A stretch of DNA of 63,987 bases, filler included, from Vicugna vicugna (lineage: Eukaryota): NCBI GenBank assembly GCA_013265495.1. It is 83 parts of 78 records of this genome, joined end to end, with 100 filler letters (N's around TTAATTAATTAA, not from the genome) between each part and the next. Parts side by side here need not be neighbours in the genome. Positions count along the whole stretch, not along the records: positions 49,504 to 49,811 come from MU058907.1; positions 49,912 to 50,015 come from MU058907.1; positions 50,116 to 50,799 come from PNXW01006739.1; positions 50,900 to 51,810 come from PNXW01006742.1; positions 51,911 to 52,406 come from PNXW01006744.1; positions 52,507 to 53,398 come from PNXW01006745.1; positions 53,499 to 54,321 come from PNXW01006746.1; positions 54,422 to 55,183 come from PNXW01006747.1; 75 more parts are not named here. The stretch is one strand, 5' to 3'. A program made the position numbers and the translations under genes. Under the pieces are notes generated by a model. That model searched no databases and was not told the origin of the DNA. It was given only the letters and a program-made list of their open reading frames with translations. Below are positions 49,504-61,955 of this stretch, piece by piece. Every line of letters begins with the position of its first letter. The stretch's first letter is position 1.

Positions 49504-50015
49504 TTTGTGGGATCAAAGTGTGATTCTTGCAACTGGTGATAGGAAGAAATTACAAAGTCAAAATAAATATTTCAGAGTGCATAGTAACTTGTTTGGTGTT
49601 TGAAACATCAGTCATGCGCATGTTCACAACTCAGAAATTCATGTCTGAGGAATCCATGATGCATGGACATGTTCGTAATACGGAATGCCATGGTTATTTA
49701 AACAATGTAAATTACATGTGTATTGGTGAGAATTCGCTCAAAGAGTGTTTTCTGGTGCCAAATAACCGATTTTAGAAACTGGTGATAGGAAAAACCTATG
49801 AAGTCAGAGTANNNNNNNNNNNNNNNNNNNNNNNNNNNNNNNNNNNNNNNNNNNNTTAATTAATTAANNNNNNNNNNNNNNNNNNNNNNNNNNNNNNNNN
49901 NNNNNNNNNNNGTAAGGAACACGGAATATCATGTAGATGGAATCTATTCAAATTACATATCTCAAAATTGGAATTCGCTCCAAGAGTTTTTTCTGGGATC
50001 AAAGTGTGATTCTTG
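49504..50015 (+). repeat. ~245-bp satellite (49504-49811 C>A junction and A; 49912-50015 C)
   Basis: Starts with TTTGTGGGATCAA, which ends the 3512-4660 scaffold, and runs into TAAATATTTCAGAG, which begins it. Confidence 0.92.
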
Positions 50016-50115
50016 NNNNNNNNNNNNNNNNNNNNNNNNNNNNNNNNNNNNNNNNNNNNTTAATTAATTAANNNNNNNNNNNNNNNNNNNNNNNNNNNNN
50101 NNNNNNNNNNNNNNN

Positions 50116-50799
50116 CAGTTTTTCAAAAATTTTTTTCTATTCAATTGTTGTAAAATAACACAATTTATTACCATTTCAGTGGCACTAAGTACATTCACAT
50201 TGTTCTGCAGCCATCACCACCTTTCATCTCCAGATCTTTTTGAACTTCCCAAACTCATTAGGTAATTACTCCCATTCTTCCCTGCCCCTGGCAACCACCA
50301 TTCTACTTTAGACTCTATGCACTTGATTACTCTAGATACTTCGTGTAAGAGGAATCGAACAGTATTTGTATTTGTCTTTTTTTTTTTTTTTGGTGGTGAT
50401 AGGTAATTAGGTTTGTTTTTTTTTAGGGAAGTTCCTGGGGTTTGAACCCAGGACCTTGTGTACGCTAGGCGTGCGCTCTGCCGCTGGGCTATACCCTCCC
50501 CAGTATTTGTCCTTCTTTGTTTCTAGCTTATTGCACTTAAACCATAAGATCTTCAAGATTTATCTGTGTTGTGGCACATAACAGAATTCACCATTCATTT
50601 TTTAAAGCTAAGTAACACTCTGTTTTATGTATACACCACATTTAGTTTTTGCATTCATCCATCCATGGACACTTGGGTTGCTCCCACCTTTTGACTCGTG
50701 TGAATAATGCTGCTACAAACATGAGTGTGCAAATACTTTTGAATCCTTACTTTCAATTCTTTGGCATATATACTGAGAAATGATATTGCTGGATTAAAT
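50116..50799 (-). mobile_element. Old L1 (L1MB-like) 3' end, interrupted by a SINE
   Basis: GCCCCTGGCAACCACCATTCTAC and CATGGACACTTGGGTTGC...GTGAATAATGCTGCTAC are antisense L1M motifs. Confidence 0.88.
50377..50500 (-). mobile_element. Full-length Vic-1-type SINE with target-site duplication
   Basis: Poly-T...GGTAATTAGGTTTG...GGGTTTGAACCCAGGACC...GCTATACCCTCCC, flanked by GTATTTGTC at 50368-50376 and 50503-50511. Confidence 0.92.
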
Positions 50800-50899
50800 N
50801 NNNNNNNNNNNNNNNNNNNNNNNNNNNNNNNNNNNNNNNNNNNTTAATTAATTAANNNNNNNNNNNNNNNNNNNNNNNNNNNNNNNNNNNNNNNNNNNN

Positions 50900-51810
50900 C
50901 TGTTTGGTTGCCTGATACGGAGTGCTGGGGAAAGTGTGGGTTGGTTTCTAAACCCAAGTATTAGCGAGTGCTTCTCCATGGGATTTGGAGGTTATTAACC
51001 AAAAACCCACAACATGGGAATACCTTTGCTCTTTGAAAACAGCGTGGACTATGTATCCCCACCTCCAGAACACACATGCAGATATGTTCTGGTATCCTGA
51101 GTGTGGGCTGGCACTTTCAGGTGACAGAAGCGGCTGGGTTCTAATAGAATCCCTTAACTTGTAATCCCTGAGTGTTTCCCTAGGACTGACTCTGAGAGAA
51201 ACCTGGGGGTTGGGCTTTGAGTTCAAATAGTAGCGAGTGCCCCCCGATGGACTGAGGAAGTATTTAGATGAATTCTCCATAAAGGGAAGCACCTGAGCAC
51301 CCATTCATCTCCGTGGAGTGGGGCTTCAAACCTCCCCACCACACAAGGTTGGGTTCCAATGTGGGGTAGTTCCTCCAACTGATTTCAACCTCTTGGTTTT
51401 AATAGAATCCCTTTGCTTGTCTTCCCTGATGGTTTGCCTAGGCCAGTGTGTGGTTGAAAGTGGGATATGGGCTCTAAAACTAAGTATCAGCGTGTGCATC
51501 TCCATGGGTAGTGGAGATGTTTAAACTACAACCCACAACTTGGGAATTACTGTGACCGCTGAAAATTGCGTGTATTTGTTTCCCCACCTCCAGCACACAC
51601 ACGAAGTTTTCTGGTATCCTGAGTGTGGGGAGGCTCCTGTAACTGACAATAGCAGCTGGGATCTAATTGGATCCATTAGATTGACTTCCCTGAGTATTTT
51701 CCTTGGCCGGGTTTTGAGCGAAGTTATGGGTTGTGCTCTAAAACCAAGTATTTGCGAGCTCCTACCTTTTGGCTGTGGAGGTGGTTAAAGTATATCCCCA
51801 ACCTGGGAAC
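50900..51810 (-). repeat. Highly diverged ~260-bp satellite related to the 267-bp family
   Basis: TAATAGAATCCC/TAATTGGATCC at 51142, 51400 and 51664 (258 and 264 bp apart). GGTATCCTGAGTGTGGG...TGGGTTCTAATAGAATCCC parallels GGAATCCTGAGCGTGGGG...TGGGTTCTAACGGAATGCC. Confidence 0.85.
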
Positions 51811-52599
51811 NNNNNNNNNNNNNNNNNNNNNNNNNNNNNNNNNNNNNNNNNNNNTTAATTAATTAANNNNNNNNNNNNNNNNNNNNNNNNNNNNNNNNNN
51901 NNNNNNNNNNAAATTTCAGGTGAAGCCAGGGCAGTCCAGAGCCATCCTGGAGCCCAAGGTAAGGTGTGATTGCCCCCAGGACCCCTCAGAGAGGAGGGTT
52001 GATAAGACCTAAGGGTCCAGACTTTTCCCGGCAGAGCATGCTGACTGGTGAAAGGAGCCTGTGAGCCCTAGATTCAAGCTGTTGGATTAACCCACACAGT
52101 TAGGGTTGGTCTCTCCTTTGCGAGGCTGAGCAGCCTTTGCAGTGTGCCCCCTTGAACCTCAGAGCACCAGCACCCGCCCCTGCTCCCCTCATGGCTCCTG
52201 AGGTCAGAAAATTGCACACCTGAGCTCACTGGCCCACATTCTCTTGCCAGTGTCTCCAGGCCCCTCTCTGGACCCTGTGGCCCAGGACCCTGCGGACCCT
52301 GCAGCTCCATTCCTCCCATCCCGGGTGGGCAGACCTGCCTGTGTGCAGGGCTCCATCCCTCCCTCCTTTCATACCAGTGTCAAGGGTCACACTTGGAGTC
52401 CTGGATNNNNNNNNNNNNNNNNNNNNNNNNNNNNNNNNNNNNNNNNNNNNTTAATTAATTAANNNNNNNNNNNNNNNNNNNNNNNNNNNNNNNNNNNNNN
52501 NNNNNNGGCTGTCACTCCCACATCCATCCTCTCTGTCACTACCTCGTCTATTTTGTTCTTCTGCTAGTTGTCTCCTATCAGTATATAAAAGTCCATCCT

Positions 52600-52885
52600 C
52601 TTAAAAGAAACGAACAGCACTCCTTGACCCTAATTCGCCCCCACCAATTGCCACCCCATGTCTTTGCAGCAAATCTTTAATGAGTAGTTTAAATTCAATG
52701 TCTGCATATTCTCTTGAGCCATCCAATTTTGCACCCACTCTGGCTGTTCCCCTGATCCCTTGCTCTATGGAAACTGCTTTGTCAATGCCATCAGTGACCC
52801 CACGTTGCTAAATATAGTGGTCAGTTTTTAGTCTTCATCATGCGTGGCCCTTTGGCAGCATTTGACCCAGCTCTTCCATCACTCC
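52600..52885 (+). mobile_element. LINE-2 remnant
   Basis: GAAACTGCTTTGTCAATGCCATCAGTGACCCCACGTTGCTAAA...GCAGCATTTGAC corresponds to the L2 RT motifs STETAL...DL / SAAFD. Confidence 0.8.
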
Positions 52886-53498
52886 TCCCCCGACTCCCCC
52901 GTGGCCTTACTTGGCCTCCAGCCCATCACTCTGCTTTCGACCCACTGGCTGGTCTTTTGCCAAAGTCTCCTCTTTTTTCCAAACATTTAATGCGAATGTG
53001 TCCCGGAGTTAGGTCCTGCGATACCTTTGGTGGAAGTAACCAGAATTGGAAATTGACATGCCCTCAATTTCTCGATATGTCCAAATCTCCCTGATTGGTC
53101 TTTTCCATTTGGAACTCTCTCCCTGATACTCATAATCTTTTTCTTTCATTCATCTTGCTTTCACATTCATACATGTGTTCTACTGTGTAAATTACTTTTC
53201 CAAATTTTGAATCAGTCCATACATATCATGTAAAATGCTCAGATCTCTATTATTTCCACTAAGATGCTCATTCTACCTTACAACCTTTCTGCATTTCTGT
53301 ATTTATATTAAAAAAGTGAATAGTATTTCTACAAGCCCCATAGTTAAACAGTTTGTTTGTTTGGGGCTATTATGTAACATGAAATAATGATACATCAANN
53401 NNNNNNNNNNNNNNNNNNNNNNNNNNNNNNNNNNNNNNNNNNTTAATTAATTAANNNNNNNNNNNNNNNNNNNNNNNNNNNNNNNNNNNNNNNNNNNN

Positions 53499-54321
53499 CC
53501 ATTACTTCCTGGTTATCCAGTTTGTTTCCATACAGTTCCTCATTGTATTCTCTTATGATATTATGCAAATTTGTGTTACTCTTTTTAGTTTATCCATTTT
53601 CATTTTATAGATTATTTGTGTTCTCTCTCTTTTCTTGTTGGTGAGCCTGTCCATAGTTTTGTCAATTATGTTTACTATTTCAAAAAAGAGTTTGATTGAT
53701 TTTTTTCTCTTTTTTAATGTGTATTTCAATTATTTCTTCCTTGGTCTTTCTTATATCTCACTTTCTGCTGACTTTTGGTTTTGTTTGCTCTTCGTTCATG
53801 ATTAGTTTACATAGAATGTTAGATTATTTATTTGAAGTTGCTCTTCTACTTTGAGGAGGGCCTTCTCACTATGAACTTCCCTCTTAAGCCTGCTTTAACT
53901 GTATTCCATAGACTTTGTGTAGTGTTTTGACATATTTCTCAAGATATTTTTTAATTTCTCCTTTTGCTTCTTCACCTATTTTATAGTACCATGGTATTTA
54001 AATTATATGCTGTAATTTTCTCTCCCTCTTTTTCTGTGAAGAAATTTTGTTTCATGTTATTATACCCAGAAAAGATGCTTGAAATAAGTTTTATCTTCTT
54101 AAATTTATTGAAGATTCTTCTGTGAATGAGTACATAATCTTTCCTAGAAAATATTCCATGTGAACTAGAAAAGAATGTATATTCTGTTTTGGGGAAGGGT
54201 ACTGTTTGAAAATATCAACAAACTCTAATTATTTTATCATATCTTTTTGTATATTTCTTCCCTTATTAATTTTCAATCTGAAAGGCCCGTCTAGTGATGG
54301 TAATGGGGAGTTATAGTCTCC
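53499..54321 (-). mobile_element. Degraded LINE-1 ORF2 5' region, antisense
   Basis: T-rich antisense L1 motifs: CTATGAACTTCCCTCTTA, AGAAAAGATGCTTGA, TTCCATGTGAACTAGAAAAGAATGTATATTCTG. Confidence 0.88.
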
Positions 54322-55316
54322 NNNNNNNNNNNNNNNNNNNNNNNNNNNNNNNNNNNNNNNNNNNNTTAATTAATTAANNNNNNNNNNNNNNNNNNNNNNN
54401 NNNNNNNNNNNNNNNNNNNNNCTGGCTTTAATTAAACTTGCTTTGTGCTTAGGAAATTAGCAAAATCTTTGCAGTCAAGGGGAGAAAAACATGGGTTATT
54501 CACATGGGTAGATTTTTCCCTTTAACTCACACAGCTCAGATGCTCGTCATAGTCGGTGATTCTGGGGGTTACAGCACAGTGCCAAAATCCATTAGCAGAG
54601 TCTGGCTCACCATGCCTGTGGAAGGGAATTGCCACCAAAGTCTAGTGCACTTGATTGATGGCATCAGAGAAGATGGTCGCTAGATTCTGGCCCTTATCAG
54701 AGATCTGTCACTCTGTCAAATGGCCCCACAACAATGAATAAAAAATGAGGGATCCCTTTGTTGGACCAACAGAAGCAGTGGCTTGGGGATTTCCTGGTTT
54801 TTCCAGCTTTAACAATACTCCATTTCATATGCAAGTGAGCCCCAAGCAAACTACATTTCACTTGTTACAAAGAAGTAACATTATCTGCTGAATTGTCAGG
54901 CATGAAAAATTAATTCTTCGGTGGCGGCAGTGTACAATAAGGAGAAGCCAGGAGTGAAAAGAAAACAAAACTCTTCTCTGCAGAGATTAGGGCTTGATTT
55001 CACTTGACTTAAGGGGCAAAAACAAGGCTAGTAAAAAGTGATTAAGGCACATAAAAATTGGATCTAGAGCAGAAATCTGAAACTTTGGAAGCCTCACTCT
55101 GTTTGAAGCCAAAAATGATTTGATGACATTTGCTCTTTAGTTAAAGTCACAGAAACTGCAAATTGCCTTCCTGAAGCAAATCCNNNNNNNNNNNNNNNNN
55201 NNNNNNNNNNNNNNNNNNNNNNNNNNNTTAATTAATTAANNNNNNNNNNNNNNNNNNNNNNNNNNNNNNNNNNNNNNNNNNNNTTTGCCATGCCTTTATC
55301 TTAACTTGTAACTTTA

Positions 55317-55370
55317 CATATATATATACACACACACATATATATATACACACATATATACATATATATA
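55317..55370 (+). repeat. Compound (TA)n/(CA)n microsatellite
   Basis: Visible directly. Confidence 0.9.
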
Positions 55371-55384
55371 ATTTATTTATTAAT

Positions 55385-55710
55385 AGGCTTTATTTTTTGA
55401 GCAGTTTCAGGTTCACAGCAGAATTGAGCAGAAAATAGAGTGGCACCTTGCCCTCCCCACCCACACACATATACTCCCCTACCCTCAGCATCCCTCATCA
55501 GTGTGGCATATTTGGTACAACTGATGAACCAACAATGGGCACATTATTATCAACCAAAGTCCATAGTTTACATTAAGGTTCACTCTTGATGTTGTACATT
55601 CTATGGGTTTTGACAAATGCATAATGACATGTAGCCACCACTACAGTATCATATAGAATACTTTCATTGCCCTAAAAATCTCTTGTGCTCCATCTATTTA
55701 CTCCTCCCTC
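55385..55710 (-). mobile_element. L1MC-like 3' end
   Basis: GAGCAGTTTCAGGTTCACAGC...CAAAGTCCATAGTTTACATTAAGGTTCACTCTTG...TTCATTGCCCTAAAAATC, as in L1MC1/2 3' UTRs (family name from memory). Confidence 0.85.
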
Positions 55711-57470
55711 GTAACTATATATTTGTTAATTTAGCTTTTTATAGTCCATCTTCCTTTACAGGCCATGTGTTTGTCAAAGTACTAACCACCGTTTGACTCA
55801 TAAGTGCCTATCTGTTGCCCAACCCTCACAAGACANNNNNNNNNNNNNNNNNNNNNNNNNNNNNNNNNNNNNNNNNNNNTTAATTAATTAANNNNNNNNN
55901 NNNNNNNNNNNNNNNNNNNNNNNNNNNNNNNNNNNACATGGAAGACCTTGCTTCTGATGTACCTGTCTCCCTTTCTCTCATCTTGCCATGATATCGTTTC
56001 AACAAATAATTTAAAATGTATACAAACGAAAGAGAATTTAAATGAAATGAAGACCAAAAAAACCACCGAAAAACAAAACAAAACAAGACTGAGTGTAAGG
56101 AACAACTTCTTTGCTCTGAGACAGTTCAGACAGTGAGAACAAAATGATGGTTCTGGCTTCACTTCAAATCCCTGCTGGAAGCTCAGAAGTGAGCGCTTGG
56201 GAAAATTTAAGATGCCTGTGGGGACTTGACTCCAGGCACATAATGCTTCACTTCCCAGTGCCCAGTCTTCTCTTAAAAGCCGGCTCTTACACTGGGAGAG
56301 TGCTGATTCACTGACTGGCAGGTTACTTTTATTTTGGCTGATTGGGTAGTTTAATAAACATTATTTTGTTCAAAGAAGGCATCTGTCAGCTTAGAGTTGA
56401 TGGGACNNNNNNNNNNNNNNNNNNNNNNNNNNNNNNNNNNNNNNNNNNNNTTAATTAATTAANNNNNNNNNNNNNNNNNNNNNNNNNNNNNNNNNNNNNN
56501 NNNNNNGGCCAGGGCAGGTGACGGGGTGGGAGACAAAGGGACAGCGGCAGCATCCTCCCCAGCCCGGGCCCTCTCGGGGAGGTAAAACGACACCCGCAGC
56601 TCTGGGGCTGGGTCAGGGTGCACAGCGGGCAGAGGTGCTCCTGGCCCCTCCGTGGCCGCCACTGGGCTCCTCCCAATCCTGACCCCACGTCAGTTTGCTG
56701 CAGGACTTCAGGGATCGAAACAGAAGCTTCCCGGTGGGAGCGCAGGACCACCAGCCCTATAGAAAAGCCTCCCTTTGGGGAAAACCAAATCTCATCTCAG
56801 GGGCTCACCGGAATGTGAACAAAACAAAACTACCTGTTCTACTAAAATTAAAGCAGGTTATATACTATCTTTATGAGCGTTCTGTTACTAGGGTTGTCCT
56901 NNNNNNNNNNNNNNNNNNNNNNNNNNNNNNNNNNNNNNNNNNNNTTAATTAATTAANNNNNNNNNNNNNNNNNNNNNNNNNNNNNNNNNNNNNNNNNNNN
57001 GGGCTACCAGGGGGATGTGTCCCACAGGGCCCTGTGCCCCAGCACACAGGCCAGACACAAGGACACTCAGCACTTAGTCCTTGCAGGCCCCTCCCCCCGG
57101 TCCCCTCCACGGAGCCCCGCGCTTTCCCTGGGTGGAGTCTGGAATCGTTTCTGAGGCCTGAAGCCAGGAACGTGACTTGCTTGGCTGTGAACACCCTCCA
57201 AGTCGCAGCTGATCTCAGCCCTCCCCGACTCTTGTCCCTGTAACGAGGCCTCTTCCCATGTCCCAGTTACTGGCTCGCGTCTCTCCGTGCGTGGGACAGC
57301 CCCACCCTGTGCGCAGGCAGTGCTGGCCCTGCTCACGTGCCTGCTGCTGCCTGCCAGCCCTTTCTTCTCANNNNNNNNNNNNNNNNNNNNNNNNNNNNNN
57401 NNNNNNNNNNNNNNTTAATTAATTAANNNNNNNNNNNNNNNNNNNNNNNNNNNNNNNNNNNNNNNNNNNN

Positions 57471-57977
57471 TGGAGTGGAGTATGCAACTGAAGAGAAACT
57501 TTGTGTACAAAACAATCTAGGTGAAGGAAGGCTTTCACAATCGTTTAACTCTCAGAACTGAACGTGTGGAGAGACGTTGGTTCATCTAGCACAAAGGGAA
57601 CGGGATGTAGGAGAAACACTCACTCTGGGTTCTCAGTGTGTTTACTAGTGCCGTTTTGAAGTTCCTGCAGTATTCACTGTAAATCCGACTTTAAGATTGT
57701 ACCTCCCCATACATATGTATGGAGTGGAGTATGCAACTGAAGAGAAACTTTGTGTACAAAACAAGCTAGGTGAAAAATGGCTTTCACACTCGTTTAACTC
57801 TCAAAACAGAGCGTGTGGAGAGACATTGGTTCATCTAGCAAAAAGGGAACGGGTTGTAGGAGAAACACTCACTCTGGTTTGTCAGTGTGTTACCTAGTGC
57901 CAGTTTGATGATCCTGCATAGCATTTTTCACTGTAAAACCGACTTGGAACATGTACTGCCCCTAATATATATATGGA
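57471..57977 (+). repeat. 249-bp satellite, variant subfamily, 2 monomers
   Basis: TGGAGTGGAGTATGCAACTG at 57471 and 57720, a period of 249. Confidence 0.95.
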
Positions 57978-58077
57978 NNNNNNNNNNNNNNNNNNNNNNN
58001 NNNNNNNNNNNNNNNNNNNNNTTAATTAATTAANNNNNNNNNNNNNNNNNNNNNNNNNNNNNNNNNNNNNNNNNNNN

Positions 58078-58897
58078 CAGAACTCAAAATTTAGAAAATG
58101 GTATTCAGAACACTGAATATAGTATATACAATACAGAATATAGAATATAGAATATAGACTGTAGAAAAAATATTATAGAATATACAATACGGAATACAGA
58201 ACAAAGAATTTAGAACATGGAATTCAGAACACAGAATATAATATATAGAATGCAGAAATAGAATGTGAAATATAGAACGTAGAACAATGAATATAGAATA
58301 TAGAATACAGAATATCAGANNNNNNNNNNNNNNNNNNNNNNNNNNNNNNNNNNNNNNNNNNNNNNNNNNNNNNNNNNNNNNNNNNNNNNNNNNNNNNNNN
58401 NNNNNNNNNNNNNNNNNNNNNNNNNNNNNNNNNNNNNNNNNNNNNNNNNNNNNNNNNNNNNNNNNNNNNNNNNNNNNNNNNNNNNNNNNNNNNNNNNNNN
58501 NNNNNNNNNNNNNNNNNNNNNNNNNNNNNNNNNNNNNNNNNNNNNNNNNNNNNNNNNNNNNNNNNNNNNNNNNNNNNNNNNNNNNNNNNNNNNNNNNNNN
58601 NNNNNNNNNNNNNNNNNNNNNNNNNNNNNNNNNNNNNNNNNNNNNNNNNNNNNNNNNNNNNNNNNNNNNNNNNNNNNNNNNNNNNNNNNNNNNNNNNNNN
58701 NNNNNNNNNNNNNNNNNNNNNNNNNNNNNNNNNNNNNNNNNNNNNNNNNNNNNNNNNNNNNNNNNNNNNNNNNNNNNNNNNNNNNNNNNNNNNNNNNNNN
58801 NNNNNNNNNNNNNNNNNNNNNNNNNNNNNNNNNNNNNNNNNNNNNACAGAATACAGAATTAAAACTTTGAATGCAGAACACCGAATATAGAATGTGG
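58078..58897 (-). repeat. Heptamer satellite, opposite strand (TATAGAA)n
   Basis: GAATATA periodicity. Confidence 0.93.
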
Positions 58898-59749
58898 NNN
58901 NNNNNNNNNNNNNNNNNNNNNNNNNNNNNNNNNNNNNNNNNTTAATTAATTAANNNNNNNNNNNNNNNNNNNNNNNNNNNNNNNNNNNNNNNNNNNNTCT
59001 TATATACACATGTGTACACATATACACACACATGTATGGGCACTATGTGTGTACACATGTGCACCAGGAGATAGGTAGTCCATTTCATCAGTTATTTTAA
59101 AGATGAAAATGACCAGGAATGTATACTGGTAGAAAAACACATGATGTCAATTATCCAGGGGTGACAGTGAAACTTTGTTTCGTAGCCCTGCCTCAAATCA
59201 AGCTGATGGGATGCAGAGATATATTTCACTTCCAGAACATTACCATTTCTTGACAACTTTTTTCTTAGTTACTTTGTTAAGATGAATCTGTATTTAATCA
59301 TGTTGCTGAAATCAAGCAGGTTTCAAAGGATCTAACTCTTCAGCAGAAAAGAAAGTGTAAAGATTTTCAAAAGCTGATCTTCTCTGCCTCATGTTATGAC
59401 TAAGTTTCTTCCTCCACAGTACTCTGACTCCAAGAATAAACCAAGTCTTCCTCTCTTTCCTAATTTTCTTAAACAAGCAATCTTTATTTTTCTACTTTTC
59501 ATTTTTAAAACAGTACTCAGGGCTGTGTTTCTTCTTTCTCTTTCTCTCTCATTTATTTATATATAAATTAGGACTTTTCAGTCTTAAATTATTACAAGCT
59601 ATAACTAGTTATTCTGAAAATTTCTAAAATAAATTTCCCTTTTATTAACCACTAACAAATTCCTTCTAGATTGGATTATTACCTGAATTTCCTGAATTGC
59701 AAACTTAACTCAGTATCCTGTAATTGCTTGTTCAATGGCCTTTATCCTC

Positions 59750-59880
59750 CATTATGAGATGAGTTCTAAGAAGGTGGACCCCACGTTTGTCTGGCTTAGT
59801 CTTTATCCCCAGTGTCTACCACAGTGTTGGTACAGCATCTGCCATAATTGATCTTGAGTAACTATTTGTTAACTAATAAA
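59750..59880 (+). mobile_element. L2 3' end remnant
   Basis: TATCCCCAGTGTCTACCACAGTGTTGGTACA...TATTTGTTAACTAATAAA. Confidence 0.6.
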
Positions 59881-61955
59881 TTAATATTCTATTGCTGCCA
59901 AGANNNNNNNNNNNNNNNNNNNNNNNNNNNNNNNNNNNNNNNNNNNNTTAATTAATTAANNNNNNNNNNNNNNNNNNNNNNNNNNNNNNNNNNNNNNNNN
60001 NNNCTGATTATTGTGATTTCCATCTTCCAAATATAAGTTATATCCTAGTCACCACCTAACTGGACCATAATTGTAGAATCCCTTTAATCTATGCATCTGC
60101 AGAGATTTCTACTCTTTGGAAGTTTCACCATTTTTAGACCTCTCAGCCACCACAAACCTCAGCTTTCAATTGTTTTATAAGTTGATACTTATATTATTTA
60201 GTCAAGAAAGACTGCATACTTTCTGAAATAAAACATTTTGATTAAAAGATTCTAATAATTTCCTTTGAGAAGTATTTTATCTTTATAATAGTCCAACCAA
60301 TCAACCGACCAATAACTCCTCCTGATGGGCCTAATATTTGCAAGGCACTGTCCTAGCAATAAGGGGTACACAGAGAAGTATGAGTCCCTATAATCAATAG
60401 CTTACAACACATATAGTGATATAATATGTATATAAATGACAATTTTTTAAGTAAAATCTAAGCATCAAGATATAGTCTAGATGAACAATAAAATACAAGT
60501 TAGCAACCTCTTGGGATGAGAAGGTAAAGAGGATACGTTCATGGGGAAGGGACTGGTGGTATACGATGTGTCTCAAAAGATAGATAAGATGTCAATGTTC
60601 TGAGTGAAGTGGAAGAGTAGGGAAAAAACAAAGGGATTAAAGACTGCCATGTCATTTTCTAGCAGAAGTAGGTAATATTGTTGCAGTAGACTCGTGAGAA
60701 GCATTTGGTGATATAATTTTGAAAAGGAGCGTGAGAAGGAGATGCTAAAGGGATGTTAAAAACAAACCAGGAATTTATATTTTACTCATCAGGCAACTGG
60801 AAGACTTCTTGGGTGTTTGAGGAGAATGAAGTGAATAAGGTTGCTTTTTTTTTTTAAGTTAATCTTGTGGTTGTGCCAAATAAATTGAAGAAGAGAAATA
60901 TCATAAGTCGTAAATCTAGTTAAGAGGTACTTGGGATAGTAAGTGATGGAAAGAGAATAAATAAAAGAGACAGATANNNNNNNNNNNNNNNNNNNNNNNN
61001 NNNNNNNNNNNNNNNNNNNNTTAATTAATTAANNNNNNNNNNNNNNNNNNNNNNNNNNNNNNNNNNNNNNNNNNNNATTACTCAATTTTGCCTTCTAAGT
61101 TTCCTAGTCAGCATCTAGTTAACCCCTCCTGGTACCACTGCCTCAGGCAGTTGTAATGTTAAATACTCACTGCTGATTGTTTTCCACACACACTCTGGGG
61201 ACAGGCTGTTTGCACAGCATGAGTTTGTGATAGGTCAAATAGTGACAGCTCTCTGGGGGCGGANNNNNNNNNNNNNNNNNNNNNNNNNNNNNNNNNNNNN
61301 NNNNNNNNNNNNNNNNNNNNNNNNNNNNNNNNNNNNNNNNNNNNNNNNNNNNNNNNNNNNNNNNNNNNNNNNNNNNNNNNNNNNNNNNNNNNNNNNNNNN
61401 NNNNNNNNNNNNNNNNNNNNNNNNNNNNNNNNNNNNNNNNNNNNNNNNNNNNNNNNNNNNNNNNNNNNNNNNNNNNNNNNNNNNNNNNNNNNNNNNNNNN
61501 NNNNNNNNNNNNNNNNNNNNNNNNNNNNNNNNNNNNNNNNNNNNNNNNNNNNNNNNNNNNNNNNNNNNNNNNNNNNNNNNNNNNNNNNNNNNNNNNNNNN
61601 NNNNNNNNNNNNNNNNNNNNNNNNNNNNNNNNNNNCCCATTCACATAAGAGTCCATCTGCATGGCTTCTTCTACAGGGAGCTGTGTGCAACCTGTTGTCA
61701 GTTTGTTGTTTTTCTTATTAAAATGTAGGGGTTTTTAAAAATATGCTCATGAATAGCCCTTTGTCATTTTTACACGTTACAAACTTCCACTAGTCTGTGG
61801 CTATTCTTTTCCCTCACTTTTCGTTGCTTTAATGAAGTTCTCACTTTTCAGGATTNNNNNNNNNNNNNNNNNNNNNNNNNNNNNNNNNNNNNNNNNNNNT
61901 TAATTAATTAANNNNNNNNNNNNNNNNNNNNNNNNNNNNNNNNNNNNNNNNNNNN

